Shown here one piece after another: positions 37,587 to 47,905 of a stretch of 64,000 nucleotides of DNA (its first letter is position 1; each line of letters starts with the position of its first letter). The DNA lies in assembly GCA_963667665.2 (NCBI GenBank), contig OY763927.2:32001-96000 (forward strand), given 5' to 3'. Position numbers and translations under genes: made by a program. Source of the DNA: Nitrosopumilus sp. (lineage in GTDB: Archaea; Thermoproteota; Nitrososphaeria; Nitrososphaerales; Nitrosopumilaceae). The notes below the pieces were generated by a model that was not told the origin of the DNA, searched no databases, and saw nothing but the letters and a program-made list of their open reading frames with translations.

Positions 37587-38783
37587 TTACAAACTCATCT
37601 TCTTGAGATATAATTGAGGTTCCTTGAGCTCTCTGGTGTTTGGAGGAATTTCTATCATTTTTTTGAAGGTGTCTTTGCCTAGTTTTTCATATACTATTTT
37701 TGTAAAGTCTTTTCCCATACTCTTTCTGATTTGATATGATGAGAAGTCTGTTCCCATAAACGTGGTAAGGTAATTTTGAAAATCTTCATCATCTTTTAGG
37801 ATGTTTTCAATTGCAAAACTTGCCATTCCTTCCATGGCAGTAAATGCTGCATGATGTTGTTGAATTGGAACTAGCCATTTCTTGTAAATATCTAAAAGTT
37901 GTGGAATTAATTCTCCAATCTTTGGATCTATTTCTACATGTGTAAATGTCATAACATCAGGTCCGATTTGTTCTATTAGAAAATGATCTGGATTTAAAAA
38001 GAAAAATAGATTTGCTTTTTTTGCAAATGGAAAATTGTCTGGCACATCTTGTAGTTGACAATACTCTGAAAGCTTGTTAATTGTATCAGTATCAAGTGAC
38101 AAAATTATATTTGCTAGTTCTTCATTAATTTTGTTTACTTGCATTGCAGCATCCTTGTTTACCTGTTGTAGATTTCCTTGTGCAGAATGAATTAATTCTT
38201 CTAATATTGTCATTTTTACTGCACCTCTATATCCAGAATTCACATTTTCAAATCTTGATTCGTATGGCTCTCCTTGTTTATGGAGAATTATCTGTGGATA
38301 TTTTGATAAAATAAATTTATTTAGATATATTACTGAATCAAGGTAATCCCCATATGTTGTTGTAATTTTAGAAATGTATTGAATTGCATATGTTGAATAT
38401 ACCAAATACTTTGTAGTATCTTGTCGCATCAATTCTGCAATTCTTTTTGAATCTTCTTTTGCAACTGCATTAAATAATTCTGTAACATACTCTTTTGCTT
38501 CTTTATCTGCAAAGACTTTGTCACCTTTCAATTTTTTCAAATCTTCTAATTCTGGAAATTTTAACTGTAGATTATCTGGAACTTTAACACCAAGATACTC
38601 TTCAACTTTATCTTTGAAAATTGGAAAAATTTCTTTGGAAATGTCCTCTATTTCTTTGAATTGTACTTTATCTGCAAGACTTTCTTTGGCCTTGATTGCT
38701 AACTCTGTGATCTCTTTTTCTTCATTAATTTCAACTGATAATTGGCCAAATAGGGCTTCGGCAAACTCTTCATATTCTCCCAA
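37587..38783 (-). CDS. Hypothetical protein, zincin-like (DUF2342-like)
   Basis: EELIHSAQ and AMEGMA resemble HExxH..Q / EGxA; start uncertain (38783-38798). Confidence 0.55.
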   Translation of the reverse strand: MGEYEEFAEALFGQLSVEINEEKEITELAIKAKESLADKVQFKEIEDISKEIFPIFKDKVEEYLGVKVPDNLQLKFPELEDLKKLKGDKVFADKEAKEYVTELFNAVAKEDSKRIAELMRQDTTKYLVYSTYAIQYISKITTTYGDYLDSVIYLNKFILSKYPQIILHKQGEPYESRFENVNSGYRGAVKMTILEELIHSAQGNLQQVNKDAAMQVNKINEELANIILSLDTDTINKLSEYCQLQDVPDNFPFAKKANLFFFLNPDHFLIEQIGPDVMTFTHVEIDPKIGELIPQLLDIYKKWLVPIQQHHAAFTAMEGMASFAIENILKDDEDFQNYLTTFMGTDFSSYQIRKSMGKDFTKIVYEKLGKDTFKKMIEIPPNTRELKEPQLYLKKMSL

Positions 38784-38866
38784 TTTGCATAAAATCAAAA
38801 AATACTACATTTAACATTATCTTGGTTTTTTGAATCAAAAAAATTATTAGTTTACAGATAATTGAT

Positions 38867-39751
38867 TTGTTATCTAAAATGCTAGAATCTAGTGCTAAAT
38901 TCCTAAGATGCGTTAGATGTGGTTCTAAACTAGAATTAGATGTATTCAAACTTGATCAAGAAATTGAAGAAGGGATTTTGGAATGCAAAAAATGCAATTT
39001 GATATTTCCAATTATTGAGAAAATTCCCATTTTATGGGATGATTTTTCTAAATACCTTTCTTCCCGTAAAATTTTGGGTGGTAACCTCTATCGATTAGCT
39101 AATACTGGAAAAATGAAAAAATTTATGAAATTTTCATTATCACAAACAAAGCAAATCGCTGATGATAGAACTGCACTTGAGGAAAGATGGTCTAAAATAT
39201 ATCAAAATAACAAAAGCTCAAAATTCTATTCTATAATAAAAAAAAATCTTAATTTTATTACAAAATCAAAACTTGTTTTGGAATATGGTTGTTCGATTGG
39301 AATTATTACATCTTCTTTGGCTGATTGTCATGATATGGTGTTTGGAATTGATAGATCTTTTAGTGCACTAAGATATGCAAAAAAATCTTCAAAAAATAAT
39401 CTTGATTATATTGTAGCTGATTCACTATCTCCTGTTTTTGGAAAATTACAATTTAATTTGATACTTGCATTAAATATTTTAGAATTAGTTGAACCTCTAG
39501 AATTATTAAAACTAGTCTCAAAACAAATTTCCACTGGCCATTTTGTAATATCTGATCCATATGATTTTGATAGAGGTAAAAATTCTGTTAGAAAACCAAT
39601 AGATGAATCAACACTACGCACAAATTTATGTAATTTGGGATTCAAAATTTCATCTAAAACAAAAAACCCATCTTACATACCTTGGAATTTAAAACTTAAT
39701 CCACGTGCTACTTTGAACTATAAAGTAGATTTGATTATTGGTAAAAAATAG
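38867..39751 (+). CDS. Trm112-like Zn ribbon fused to class I SAM methyltransferase
   Basis: LRCVRC...EEGILECKKC..FPIIEKIPIL; LEYGCSIG, GID. Confidence 0.8.
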   Translation: MLSKMLESSAKFLRCVRCGSKLELDVFKLDQEIEEGILECKKCNLIFPIIEKIPILWDDFSKYLSSRKILGGNLYRLANTGKMKKFMKFSLSQTKQIADDRTALEERWSKIYQNNKSSKFYSIIKKNLNFITKSKLVLEYGCSIGIITSSLADCHDMVFGIDRSFSALRYAKKSSKNNLDYIVADSLSPVFGKLQFNLILALNILELVEPLELLKLVSKQISTGHFVISDPYDFDRGKNSVRKPIDESTLRTNLCNLGFKISSKTKNPSYIPWNLKLNPRATLNYKVDLIIGKK

Positions 39752-39883
39752 AATGATTTAGAATATTAAAAGAATGTAATGCCTGAGGCAAGTTTTGTGA
39801 AATTAGTTTGATGCCTGCCCAAAACAAGAAAATTTTCTATGTTCAAATCCCTAAGGATTGAATGACTTTATGAAGATCCTGTT

Positions 39884-42487
39884 TTGTATAGTATTGTGAA
39901 AAATTATGTTTTATTTACTTTATTTATGACATTCCTACTTTCTCTTGTTTCTTTTGTATCTGTATCTTACGCACAGTCAAATTCAAATCTCTACGTTTCA
40001 GCAGAAAATACATTATTTCAAAATTATTTTGCAGGTCCTATGGTAATTGAAGTGATAGTTGATGATTCTGATATTTCAAATTTAACTGGTTCTGTCCAAG
40101 AACCGATTGTGACAGTTGGAGACAAAAAACTGACCATGGTTCAATCTGATGACGGAAAATGGTATGGCTATTTTGCAGATAAAACTCAAGCGCAAAAAGC
40201 TGATTCATTGGTAGGGCTTCCAGGATATGGTCTAGATTTTGGTGAAATGTGTAGTAATAATTCTTCTATAACTGGATTGAGTTTATTGGAAACTTCTGGA
40301 TTTGCAATTCCAAGAGATATTTCTTCTAGCTCTAATGGTCAAGAAACATTTGTTACGTGTACAGGAGATGTCTCATCCTCTGATCAATTAATCAACAATG
40401 TTGTACGAGAAGCACCTACACTTAATACACAATCAAATTCCACCGGGCAGATAGGCATTGATGAAGACGTTTGGCCGTTAATACAACTGTTTGATATTCC
40501 TTCTGGCAATGATGTAACTGTAAAATATGAAAGATACAATGGTGCTCAATCAGTGGTATTGACATTTGATGAAGTTGATCAATTTGTTACAATGACATTA
40601 GATAAGATACTTTATCGTCCAGGAGAAAATATCAAGATAGATATTTCAGATGTCATGTTAAACATAGATCCTACTGATGAGGATTCTTGGACGTGGGCTT
40701 CAATATCTGGTTCAAGTGGATTCTATTATCAATTATTTAATGAAGATGGGGACAAAGAAGCAGATGGAACAGCAGGTGCCATTAACATTCAAGATGGACA
40801 AAATTTAACAACTATGATGTTTGATGATAATGGTAGTTTATTTTTAAACCCAAATTCTCAAAGTGCTTCTAATGTTGTAGTTGTTTTACAAGATAATGAT
40901 TATACTATTTTAGAGGATGTATACCCTTCAAATACAATAATAGAGTTAGGGACAGATACAATATCTCACGCTTATTACGCAATAACATTTACTGAGATAA
41001 CCTCTAATTCTGGGTCTTTTGTAAATTATGACAAAAACGGTACTGCAAATTTAATAATTAATCCAGAAACAGAATCTGGAAGATCTGCTGTAATTGAATA
41101 CAATAAAAAATCCTACTCTATCATAGCAACAATTGGTTCACCACCCATTGCACTAGATTACTCTGAGCATGTGAATAAAGACACATCTGTATCACTTACA
41201 GTAATTAATGATAATACCGATTTGGATGGTGATATACTGTATGTCACAATTTCTAATGTATCTGGTCTTGATGGATTTACCACAGTCAACAGCGATAACA
41301 CAATAACATTTACTCCTGATTCTGGATTTCTTGGTACAACATCATTTGAATATACAATTGATGATATTTTTGATGGACAGGATACTGGAACTATGACAAT
41401 AATTGTCGATTCTGCAGCAATCTTGGCATCTATTAATCAAATTACAGTGTATAGTGATAAATCCACTTATGATGTAGGTGATACAATAGATGCAAATTGG
41501 ATTATTCCTGATGGTTCTTCAGGAACAGATACAACGATTAGAGTTATCACACCAATTGGAACTACTGCAACAAGTGATGTTTTCTCTAATAGTACAGAGT
41601 ATTTGGTAAATTCCACTGATAATTTTGTTGAAGGTACATATACAATTAGAATTGAGCATGGACAATATTATGGTGAAAAATCCGTACTGTTCGTATCATC
41701 TGGAGAAACGACAACTACTGATACCATTACAGATACAACTACTGAAATTGTACAAAGTTCTTGTATTGATAACTCTGAAATTTCAATTCATTTAGATGAT
41801 ATATCATATACTAAAGGCGAAAAAGTATCTGTTTCAACTGAACTTTGTGATGTCATTTCTAATGAATATATTATTACACAAATTTTAGATCCTTTTAATG
41901 CTCAATTAACTATAGATCAATTTTTACCTGAAAATACTGATTTTGATAAACAATATTCTACTGATGGTGGATTGTGGAAATTAGATGGAAAATATACTAT
42001 TAGAAGCACATATTTGGGTAATTCAGTGGAATCTACTTTTGATTTTATTGCGACCGTTGAAGAAATTCCGATTACTGACTTGACAGAAACTATTGCATCA
42101 TTTGTAGATACCGATAATGATCCTCAATATTATATTGACAGATACAATAATGAAGAGTCATACAAAGAATGGTTTGATACTAACTATCCTGAATATGATT
42201 CAATTTATCAGGCTGTAGGATTAGATGAATCTGATGTTCCATCTTTATCCACAAATACCATTGAATCATCATCAATACTTGAATCTAAAGAACCAACATG
42301 TGGTACTGGAACTGAATTAGTAAATGGATTATGTCAAGCAATTAAAACAGATAAAGAACCAACATGTGGTACTGGAACTGAATTAGTAAATGGATTGTGT
42401 CAAGCGATTAAAACAGATGAAAACCTGTCACAAGAAAACTCATTTTTTGAAAATGTTTTTGGATTTTTCAAATCTTTATTTAATTAA
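39884..42487 (+). CDS. Large secreted mosaic surface protein (S-layer-like N-terminus, Ig/cadherin-like domain, Cys repeats)
   Basis: Signal peptide; NLYVSAEN...GPMVIEV; NDNTDLDGD...FTPDSGFLGTTSFEYTIDD; DPQYYIDRY; CGTGTELVNGLC x2. Confidence 0.75.
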   Translation: MYSIVKNYVLFTLFMTFLLSLVSFVSVSYAQSNSNLYVSAENTLFQNYFAGPMVIEVIVDDSDISNLTGSVQEPIVTVGDKKLTMVQSDDGKWYGYFADKTQAQKADSLVGLPGYGLDFGEMCSNNSSITGLSLLETSGFAIPRDISSSSNGQETFVTCTGDVSSSDQLINNVVREAPTLNTQSNSTGQIGIDEDVWPLIQLFDIPSGNDVTVKYERYNGAQSVVLTFDEVDQFVTMTLDKILYRPGENIKIDISDVMLNIDPTDEDSWTWASISGSSGFYYQLFNEDGDKEADGTAGAINIQDGQNLTTMMFDDNGSLFLNPNSQSASNVVVVLQDNDYTILEDVYPSNTIIELGTDTISHAYYAITFTEITSNSGSFVNYDKNGTANLIINPETESGRSAVIEYNKKSYSIIATIGSPPIALDYSEHVNKDTSVSLTVINDNTDLDGDILYVTISNVSGLDGFTTVNSDNTITFTPDSGFLGTTSFEYTIDDIFDGQDTGTMTIIVDSAAILASINQITVYSDKSTYDVGDTIDANWIIPDGSSGTDTTIRVITPIGTTATSDVFSNSTEYLVNSTDNFVEGTYTIRIEHGQYYGEKSVLFVSSGETTTTDTITDTTTEIVQSSCIDNSEISIHLDDISYTKGEKVSVSTELCDVISNEYIITQILDPFNAQLTIDQFLPENTDFDKQYSTDGGLWKLDGKYTIRSTYLGNSVESTFDFIATVEEIPITDLTETIASFVDTDNDPQYYIDRYNNEESYKEWFDTNYPEYDSIYQAVGLDESDVPSLSTNTIESSSILESKEPTCGTGTELVNGLCQAIKTDKEPTCGTGTELVNGLCQAIKTDENLSQENSFFENVFGFFKSLFN
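42286..42418 (+). repeat. 66-bp coding tandem duplication (KEPTCGTGTELVNGLCQAIKTD x2)
   Basis: Two copies differing at two synonymous positions. Confidence 0.92.
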
Positions 42488-42534
42488 CAATTATTTTCCA
42501 CATTCTCGGATTTGGAATTAAATAGAATTTGTAA

Positions 42535-42649
42535 TGCCGGGGGCGGGTTTTGAACCCGCGACCTCCAGATTATGAGTATTGCCTTAGTTGGAGAACCGTT
42601 AGAGTTTACCAAGCGAACTGGCACTCTAACCAGGCTGAGCTACCCCGGC
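42535..42649 (-). tRNA. tRNA-Met(CAT), elongator type, with 40-nt intron (42578-42617) at position 30/31
   Basis: GCCGGGG/CCCCGGC acceptor; spliced arm CCAGA-CTCATAA-TCTGG; bulge-helix motif at the junctions. Confidence 0.92.
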
Positions 42650-42696
42650 ATGTATATGCCTGAAAAATTTGGGAAATTAAATGATTCTAAAATATT

Positions 42697-44349
42697 TTAC
42701 TTTAGATTCTTCCACTCTACATTTTCATTTTTGACCCAGAGGAATTTCTTTTGTAATGCAGCTGTGTACAGTTTTTCCCATTCTGCTCCTACCTCATCAG
42801 TCCATGCCTTTACAACACGAGGGTCAATGTAGTTTCTTAGAGATGTTCCAAGATTGTAATCTCTAGTCTTTTCAGATAAATCAATTTGGAATTTTAATTT
42901 CTCTACTCTATCTTTGTGTTTTATTTTCTGTTTTTTGATTTGCTCATTTAATGTCTTGATTCTTTTTACTTTACTCTTCTTTTGAGTATTAGTTTTTGGC
43001 TCAGATGATTCTAACTTTTTGAGGGTTTTTTGAGTTTTCTTTGAGGGTTGGTCTTTTTCAGCATTTCTGAGTGTTTCTCTTTTCTTTTCTAATGATTCCT
43101 CAAATGTTTTAAGAATAGTTCTTTTGTGATTGCACATTTTTGCTGCCTCCAAGTTTGCCATTTTTGCGTGGTATAGTTTCTCATTTGCAGTCTTTGCTTT
43201 GATATCATCATGTTCTACAAGATAGTTTTTGACTACAGATGTTGCCAAGTATGTTCTAAACACTTTGGCAGTTAACCCACTTACAATACTAGAATAGTAC
43301 GCATTGACATGCCTTGATGTAATTTTATCAAAAATCTCATCTTTAGGTTTTTTCTTTTCAACTAATTTTTTGAGATTTTCTTGAAACTGTTTGTCGTGAC
43401 CTTGAGCTACTATAGTTTCCTGCCATCGTACACTATCTTTTCCTAGAAAATCAAATTCAATTGTATCTGCAGTAATTTTGATGTGCTCTTTTCTTAGAGT
43501 TGTAGCACCTACAGTATCTGCTTCTTCTGGGTCTTTTTCATCACCTACCCTCATTGAAGTACGATAAATCAAATAACATGCAGTAGAAATTTTACTTGTT
43601 TTTGGATTCTTCATGTCTTTAACAATTCTAGTTTTTATCTTATCAATTTCATTTGCAAGCTTTACTGCTTTTTCATATTTTGCCTTGTCTCTGTCTTGCT
43701 TTAATCCCGAAGAATCAGCAAGCCACACATACTTTCTTTTCTGTGTAAGAAAATCCATCCAGCTAGCTAGCCACATTGAATCATGTTCATGTACAATTTT
43801 ACCCCATTTTCCTTCAGGTACTTTGGCATCTTTTCCCATATTCAGAGTAACATGTTTTGCAGAAACACGTGGCTTCCATCTTCCTCGAAGCGGATGTTCT
43901 CCTCTTCCAATGAAAATTCCAGGTGGTTCTGCCTTATAGTTACCAACTTCAACGTCGACAACTTTATCGTCCTTTAAAGACATTTTAGCAATTCCATATT
44001 TTGTTTTTAATTTTTCTTGTTTTTTTCTTTTTGCAGCAGTTGCTTTCTCCTTCTTTTTTGGATCTTTTTCATTGTCAACTATTTTGTAAGCATTTGAAAA
44101 ATCAATATCATCATATGATATTTTTTTAAATTTAGAATTCAGAGTTTTGGCAAAATCTACAGTAAAGTTTTTTTGAAAAACCTTATCTTGAGCATAGGGT
44201 GTGTCTTTCTTTTTTGCCCATTGGTAAATCATCTCTTCTTGTTCTAAGTTAAGATCTACAGATTTCCCTTTGATCTTTATCTTGATTCCTTGAGCCTCAT
44301 ATGCAGAAGGAAATAAGATTCCATTATGTTGTAGCGTTTTCCATTTCAT
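42697..44349 (-). CDS. DNA topoisomerase IB (eukaryote-like)
   Basis: KWKTLQHNG, EPPGIFIGRGEHP, MRVGDEKD, DFLGKDS, AKVFRTY, CNH, SLRNYIDPR. Confidence 0.96.
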   Translation of the reverse strand: MKWKTLQHNGILFPSAYEAQGIKIKIKGKSVDLNLEQEEMIYQWAKKKDTPYAQDKVFQKNFTVDFAKTLNSKFKKISYDDIDFSNAYKIVDNEKDPKKKEKATAAKRKKQEKLKTKYGIAKMSLKDDKVVDVEVGNYKAEPPGIFIGRGEHPLRGRWKPRVSAKHVTLNMGKDAKVPEGKWGKIVHEHDSMWLASWMDFLTQKRKYVWLADSSGLKQDRDKAKYEKAVKLANEIDKIKTRIVKDMKNPKTSKISTACYLIYRTSMRVGDEKDPEEADTVGATTLRKEHIKITADTIEFDFLGKDSVRWQETIVAQGHDKQFQENLKKLVEKKKPKDEIFDKITSRHVNAYYSSIVSGLTAKVFRTYLATSVVKNYLVEHDDIKAKTANEKLYHAKMANLEAAKMCNHKRTILKTFEESLEKKRETLRNAEKDQPSKKTQKTLKKLESSEPKTNTQKKSKVKRIKTLNEQIKKQKIKHKDRVEKLKFQIDLSEKTRDYNLGTSLRNYIDPRVVKAWTDEVGAEWEKLYTAALQKKFLWVKNENVEWKNLK

Positions 44350-44427
44350 TTTCTTTCATCATAAAATTGCGGACTTTGACAAAAACTGCACTTTATGTGT
44401 ATATCAATTTAACGACCAACTGAGGCA

Positions 44428-45258
44428 TTAACTAGAAAATAGCTCTTTACTCATGTATTTCTCAAATTCTAGGTCTGTTTTTGACTTTTTTGCCTCCAAA
44501 AACATGGCAGCATCAGTACCTACGATATATCGTGGCAAAATCTCATCATCATGAATTGCCTTGATTATTACATCTGCAACTTGAGATGGCGCAGTTCCCA
44601 TTTCTACCATCATTTTAAGACCTGCAAGCATGTTATCAGTTAATGTTTTGTATTTAGGATCAATTTTTGATTCTGGAATTTTCATTGAATTAAAAAAGTT
44701 TGTCTTGATTACTCCGGGTTCAATTAATGTAGTTTTTACTCCAAACTGACCAAGCTCATATCTAAGACATTCACTTAATCCCTCCAATGCAAATTTTGTA
44801 CTGATATAAGCTGTAGAACCTGGCAGTCCCATTCTACCAACCACTGAACTAATGTTTACAATAATTCCAGAATTTTGTTTTCTCATAATTGGTGCAACCT
44901 CTTTAATGATTCTTACAATGCTAAAGAAATTAGTTTCAAATTGTTTTCTAAAATCATCAATTGATACATCTTCTGTGCATCCAAATTGTCCGTATCCTGC
45001 ATTATTCACTAAAACATCTAAACTGCCACCATTTGTAGATACTTTCTTTATTGCAGCAACAATTGACTCTTCTTTGTCCACATCTAATTCTATTACATCT
45101 ATTGACAGATTTTCTTTTTTTGCTGCATACTCTAATTCTCCTGCCTTTCCAGTATCTCGCATACTAGCAAAAGTATGATAACCGTCTCTTGCAAGTGCTA
45201 GTGCAGTTTCTAATCCAATCCCTGACGAACTACCAGTAACAAGAGCTACTTTTTTCAT
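44428..45258 (-). CDS. Short-chain dehydrogenase/reductase
   Basis: TGSSSGIG, NNAG, YISTK. Confidence 0.93.
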   Translation of the reverse strand: MKKVALVTGSSSGIGLETALALARDGYHTFASMRDTGKAGELEYAAKKENLSIDVIELDVDKEESIVAAIKKVSTNGGSLDVLVNNAGYGQFGCTEDVSIDDFRKQFETNFFSIVRIIKEVAPIMRKQNSGIIVNISSVVGRMGLPGSTAYISTKFALEGLSECLRYELGQFGVKTTLIEPGVIKTNFFNSMKIPESKIDPKYKTLTDNMLAGLKMMVEMGTAPSQVADVIIKAIHDDEILPRYIVGTDAAMFLEAKKSKTDLEFEKYMSKELFSS

Positions 45259-45300
45259 ATTTGTGCTAGATTTTTGCTATATTTATCCCATTTTAATTTA

Positions 45301-47811
45301 TTACACTAAAGGTCTATCTCCTTCAGTAGGATCTACTAATTCTGTTTTCTCACCATTACTAATTCTCTCTAGAATCTCTAATGCAGAATATTTGTGCAAG
45401 TATTCGTTATTATTTCCACATCTATATGAAAAAGTGCATCTAGGACATCCAGATTCGTTTTCACATGGACACTCTTTTACAATATGCATACTTCGCTCCA
45501 GGGCTTTCTCAAATCTATCATACAGTGCTTTACTGGCGCCACTTCCTCCTATTGCCCCATCATAGATGAAAATCAAGCCTGAAGTGCCTAAAGATATGCC
45601 TCCCAAGTCTTGAGACACTCCTCCTGTGATCATATTACTTCCCTCTATTACAACATGTTCTGTTGCATGATATCCACTAGCTTCTGCATATTCTTCATCT
45701 TCTGAATCTTTCATTACTTTGAGCGGTCTTGGTGCATGAAATACAATTCCCTTGGTAACAAAATCATACTCTAGTGGAGAATCTAATAGTACTTTTTCTC
45801 CTTGGGTAATTTCTTGTCCTAGTTCAATGTTGACATAACCATAAACTTTCTTCTCTATGTGTAATTTACAAAATGCTACTTCTATACCATTTGCTATTCT
45901 TTTCTCAAAAACAGTTTCAATTGTTGGCCACTCTTCTGTAAGTGATTTTGTATAATATGGATAGTCTCTTGGAATTCTTTCTAGTTTAGCATAATTTTTT
46001 TTAGGATAATCAAATTCTTTTACTTTGTAACGTATACCTGCCAAAAAATAGATTGCATCTTTGTGTAATTCTTCTAATGCAATCGGTAATACCCTATCTC
46101 CTACTTTTCTTTCATTTAGAAAAATATCAATAGACTTTCCAATTCCTCTAATGCTGTAATCATTTAACAATGAATTAATTTTTTCAAAATTTGGAATAAT
46201 TCTGTTATTAACTTCTAAAAGATTTTCTTTGATTATGTGCTGCTCTATTACTTCTTGATGTTCTTTTAGCTCATGTTTTGAAATTGGTCTATCACATGCC
46301 ATTGCTAAGACTTGAAATTCTTCTACAAACGGATTCTTGGGATCGATGTATATTTTTTCAGTATCCTCAAAATAATCATCAGGATGATTCTTGTAGTATT
46401 GAGAGATAGGATCATTTCCTAATGCCAAAAATGCATATCCTCTTTGTCCCTTTCTAGCTGCTCTTCCAATTCTTTGAATTAGTCTGTTTACTGGGATGGT
46501 AGATGATATTACGCAATCAACATTGCCTACATCTATGCCTAATTCAAGCGTAGGAGTGCATGAAATTGCTTGTAAACTATCTTCTTTGAATTGTTTTTCA
46601 ACTGCAGTTCTGTAGTTTGCCATTAAACCAGCTCTGTGAACTTTGATGTTGACTTTTTGTTTTTTTGCTTGTATTGCTAATAGCTCAGAGTTTAGATGCG
46701 AATTATTAAACACCATAGTCTTGTGATTTTTTTCAGTCAATCTCTTAGTTAGATCAACCATCAGTGCTCTTTGGGTTCTAAGTGATGGAAACAACATTAC
46801 AAACTCTATCTGACCCTTTTTTCCAGAACCATGAATGATTTGCATTTTTTCTCCAAACAATTGTTGACAGAATTCTTTTGCATCATCAAGTGTAGCTGAT
46901 GCTGCAACAAATTGTAGTTTGTTAGTACAGATTCTCTTGAGTCGTTTTATAATATAGTGAACATTTGATCCAAAAATTCCCGAATACACATGTGCTTCAT
47001 CTACTACAAGAATTCTTGTTGAAGACAATAATGATGAAAACTTTGTTTGATGCCAAAGATGATAGTGTAAAATATCAAAATTTGTAACTAGAATTTGTGG
47101 TGGACTATCAATAATTTCTCTTCTCTCTTCTAGTTTTGTATCTCCATCAAAAATCTTGACATTAATTCCAATCTTTTCTGCAAATTTTTGAATTTTTGGA
47201 TATTGATCTCGTGATAATGCTTTTGTAGGATATACAAAAATTGCAAAGACATTTCCATCACTTGCATCTTTTGCTATTCTTTGAATCACTGGAATTAAAA
47301 ATGCCTCAGTTTTTCCTGATGCAGTAGGTGCTTCAATCACAACATTTTCTCCAAAGGTAATTTCTTGAATTGCTTCTTCCTGAAATTTGTAAAATTGTTC
47401 AATCTTTAGTTTCTTGAGATGTTCTGAAATAGATTCATCTAGTCCAAAGTCTTCAATTTTACCGCCCATTTTAGGCTCAGGATTCTTCAAAACCTTGTAT
47501 TCTGAGATATAGTCTTTTTTTGAAAATAGAATTTCTTCTGTAATTTTATCTGGCTTGTTTTTACCAATCATTTGTTTTATTTCGATTTCGTCTCTGATTA
47601 TTCCCTCATCTTTTAGATTCTCTGATAGCCCTTTCTCTGTGACTAAACCTTGATCAAATCTTGAAAGAAATTCAAGAAATACTTCATCAATATTTTTTGA
47701 AAATTCTAATAAATCTTCAATACCACATTTTCCACAAGATACATGCATTTTTTTGTTGAATGTTTTTTGAATCTCTATTTTTGACTTACATTTGGGACAC
47801 GAAAATTTCAA
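45301..47811 (-). CDS. DEAH-box helicase with DUF1998 domain (Hrq1/SftH/YprA family)
   Basis: PTASGKT, YPTKAL, DEAH, SAT, LELGIDVG, QRIGRAAR, CPC...GCPRC; N-terminal CxxC pair. Confidence 0.92.
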   Translation of the reverse strand: MKFSCPKCKSKIEIQKTFNKKMHVSCGKCGIEDLLEFSKNIDEVFLEFLSRFDQGLVTEKGLSENLKDEGIIRDEIEIKQMIGKNKPDKITEEILFSKKDYISEYKVLKNPEPKMGGKIEDFGLDESISEHLKKLKIEQFYKFQEEAIQEITFGENVVIEAPTASGKTEAFLIPVIQRIAKDASDGNVFAIFVYPTKALSRDQYPKIQKFAEKIGINVKIFDGDTKLEERREIIDSPPQILVTNFDILHYHLWHQTKFSSLLSSTRILVVDEAHVYSGIFGSNVHYIIKRLKRICTNKLQFVAASATLDDAKEFCQQLFGEKMQIIHGSGKKGQIEFVMLFPSLRTQRALMVDLTKRLTEKNHKTMVFNNSHLNSELLAIQAKKQKVNIKVHRAGLMANYRTAVEKQFKEDSLQAISCTPTLELGIDVGNVDCVISSTIPVNRLIQRIGRAARKGQRGYAFLALGNDPISQYYKNHPDDYFEDTEKIYIDPKNPFVEEFQVLAMACDRPISKHELKEHQEVIEQHIIKENLLEVNNRIIPNFEKINSLLNDYSIRGIGKSIDIFLNERKVGDRVLPIALEELHKDAIYFLAGIRYKVKEFDYPKKNYAKLERIPRDYPYYTKSLTEEWPTIETVFEKRIANGIEVAFCKLHIEKKVYGYVNIELGQEITQGEKVLLDSPLEYDFVTKGIVFHAPRPLKVMKDSEDEEYAEASGYHATEHVVIEGSNMITGGVSQDLGGISLGTSGLIFIYDGAIGGSGASKALYDRFEKALERSMHIVKECPCENESGCPRCTFSYRCGNNNEYLHKYSALEILERISNGEKTELVDPTEGDRPLV

Positions 47812-47905
47812 GATCTATTTGATAAGAAATGATTAGTGATTTATTGTTTAATCACTATATTGACCCATGACATTATTAAGCGAGTAAATAATCTTGAATT
47901 TAAAA

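Noticed and set aside
39841-39852. GTTCAAATCCCT matching the tRNA-Ser T-loop
   Set aside because: Only 12 bp with no surrounding cloverleaf; could be chance
42572-42832. 86-aa plus-strand ORF
   Set aside because: Antisense to tRNA-Met and the topo IB 3' end; no protein-like features
42697-44349. Eukaryote-like topoisomerase IB as a novelty
   Set aside because: Already an established hallmark of Thaumarchaeota
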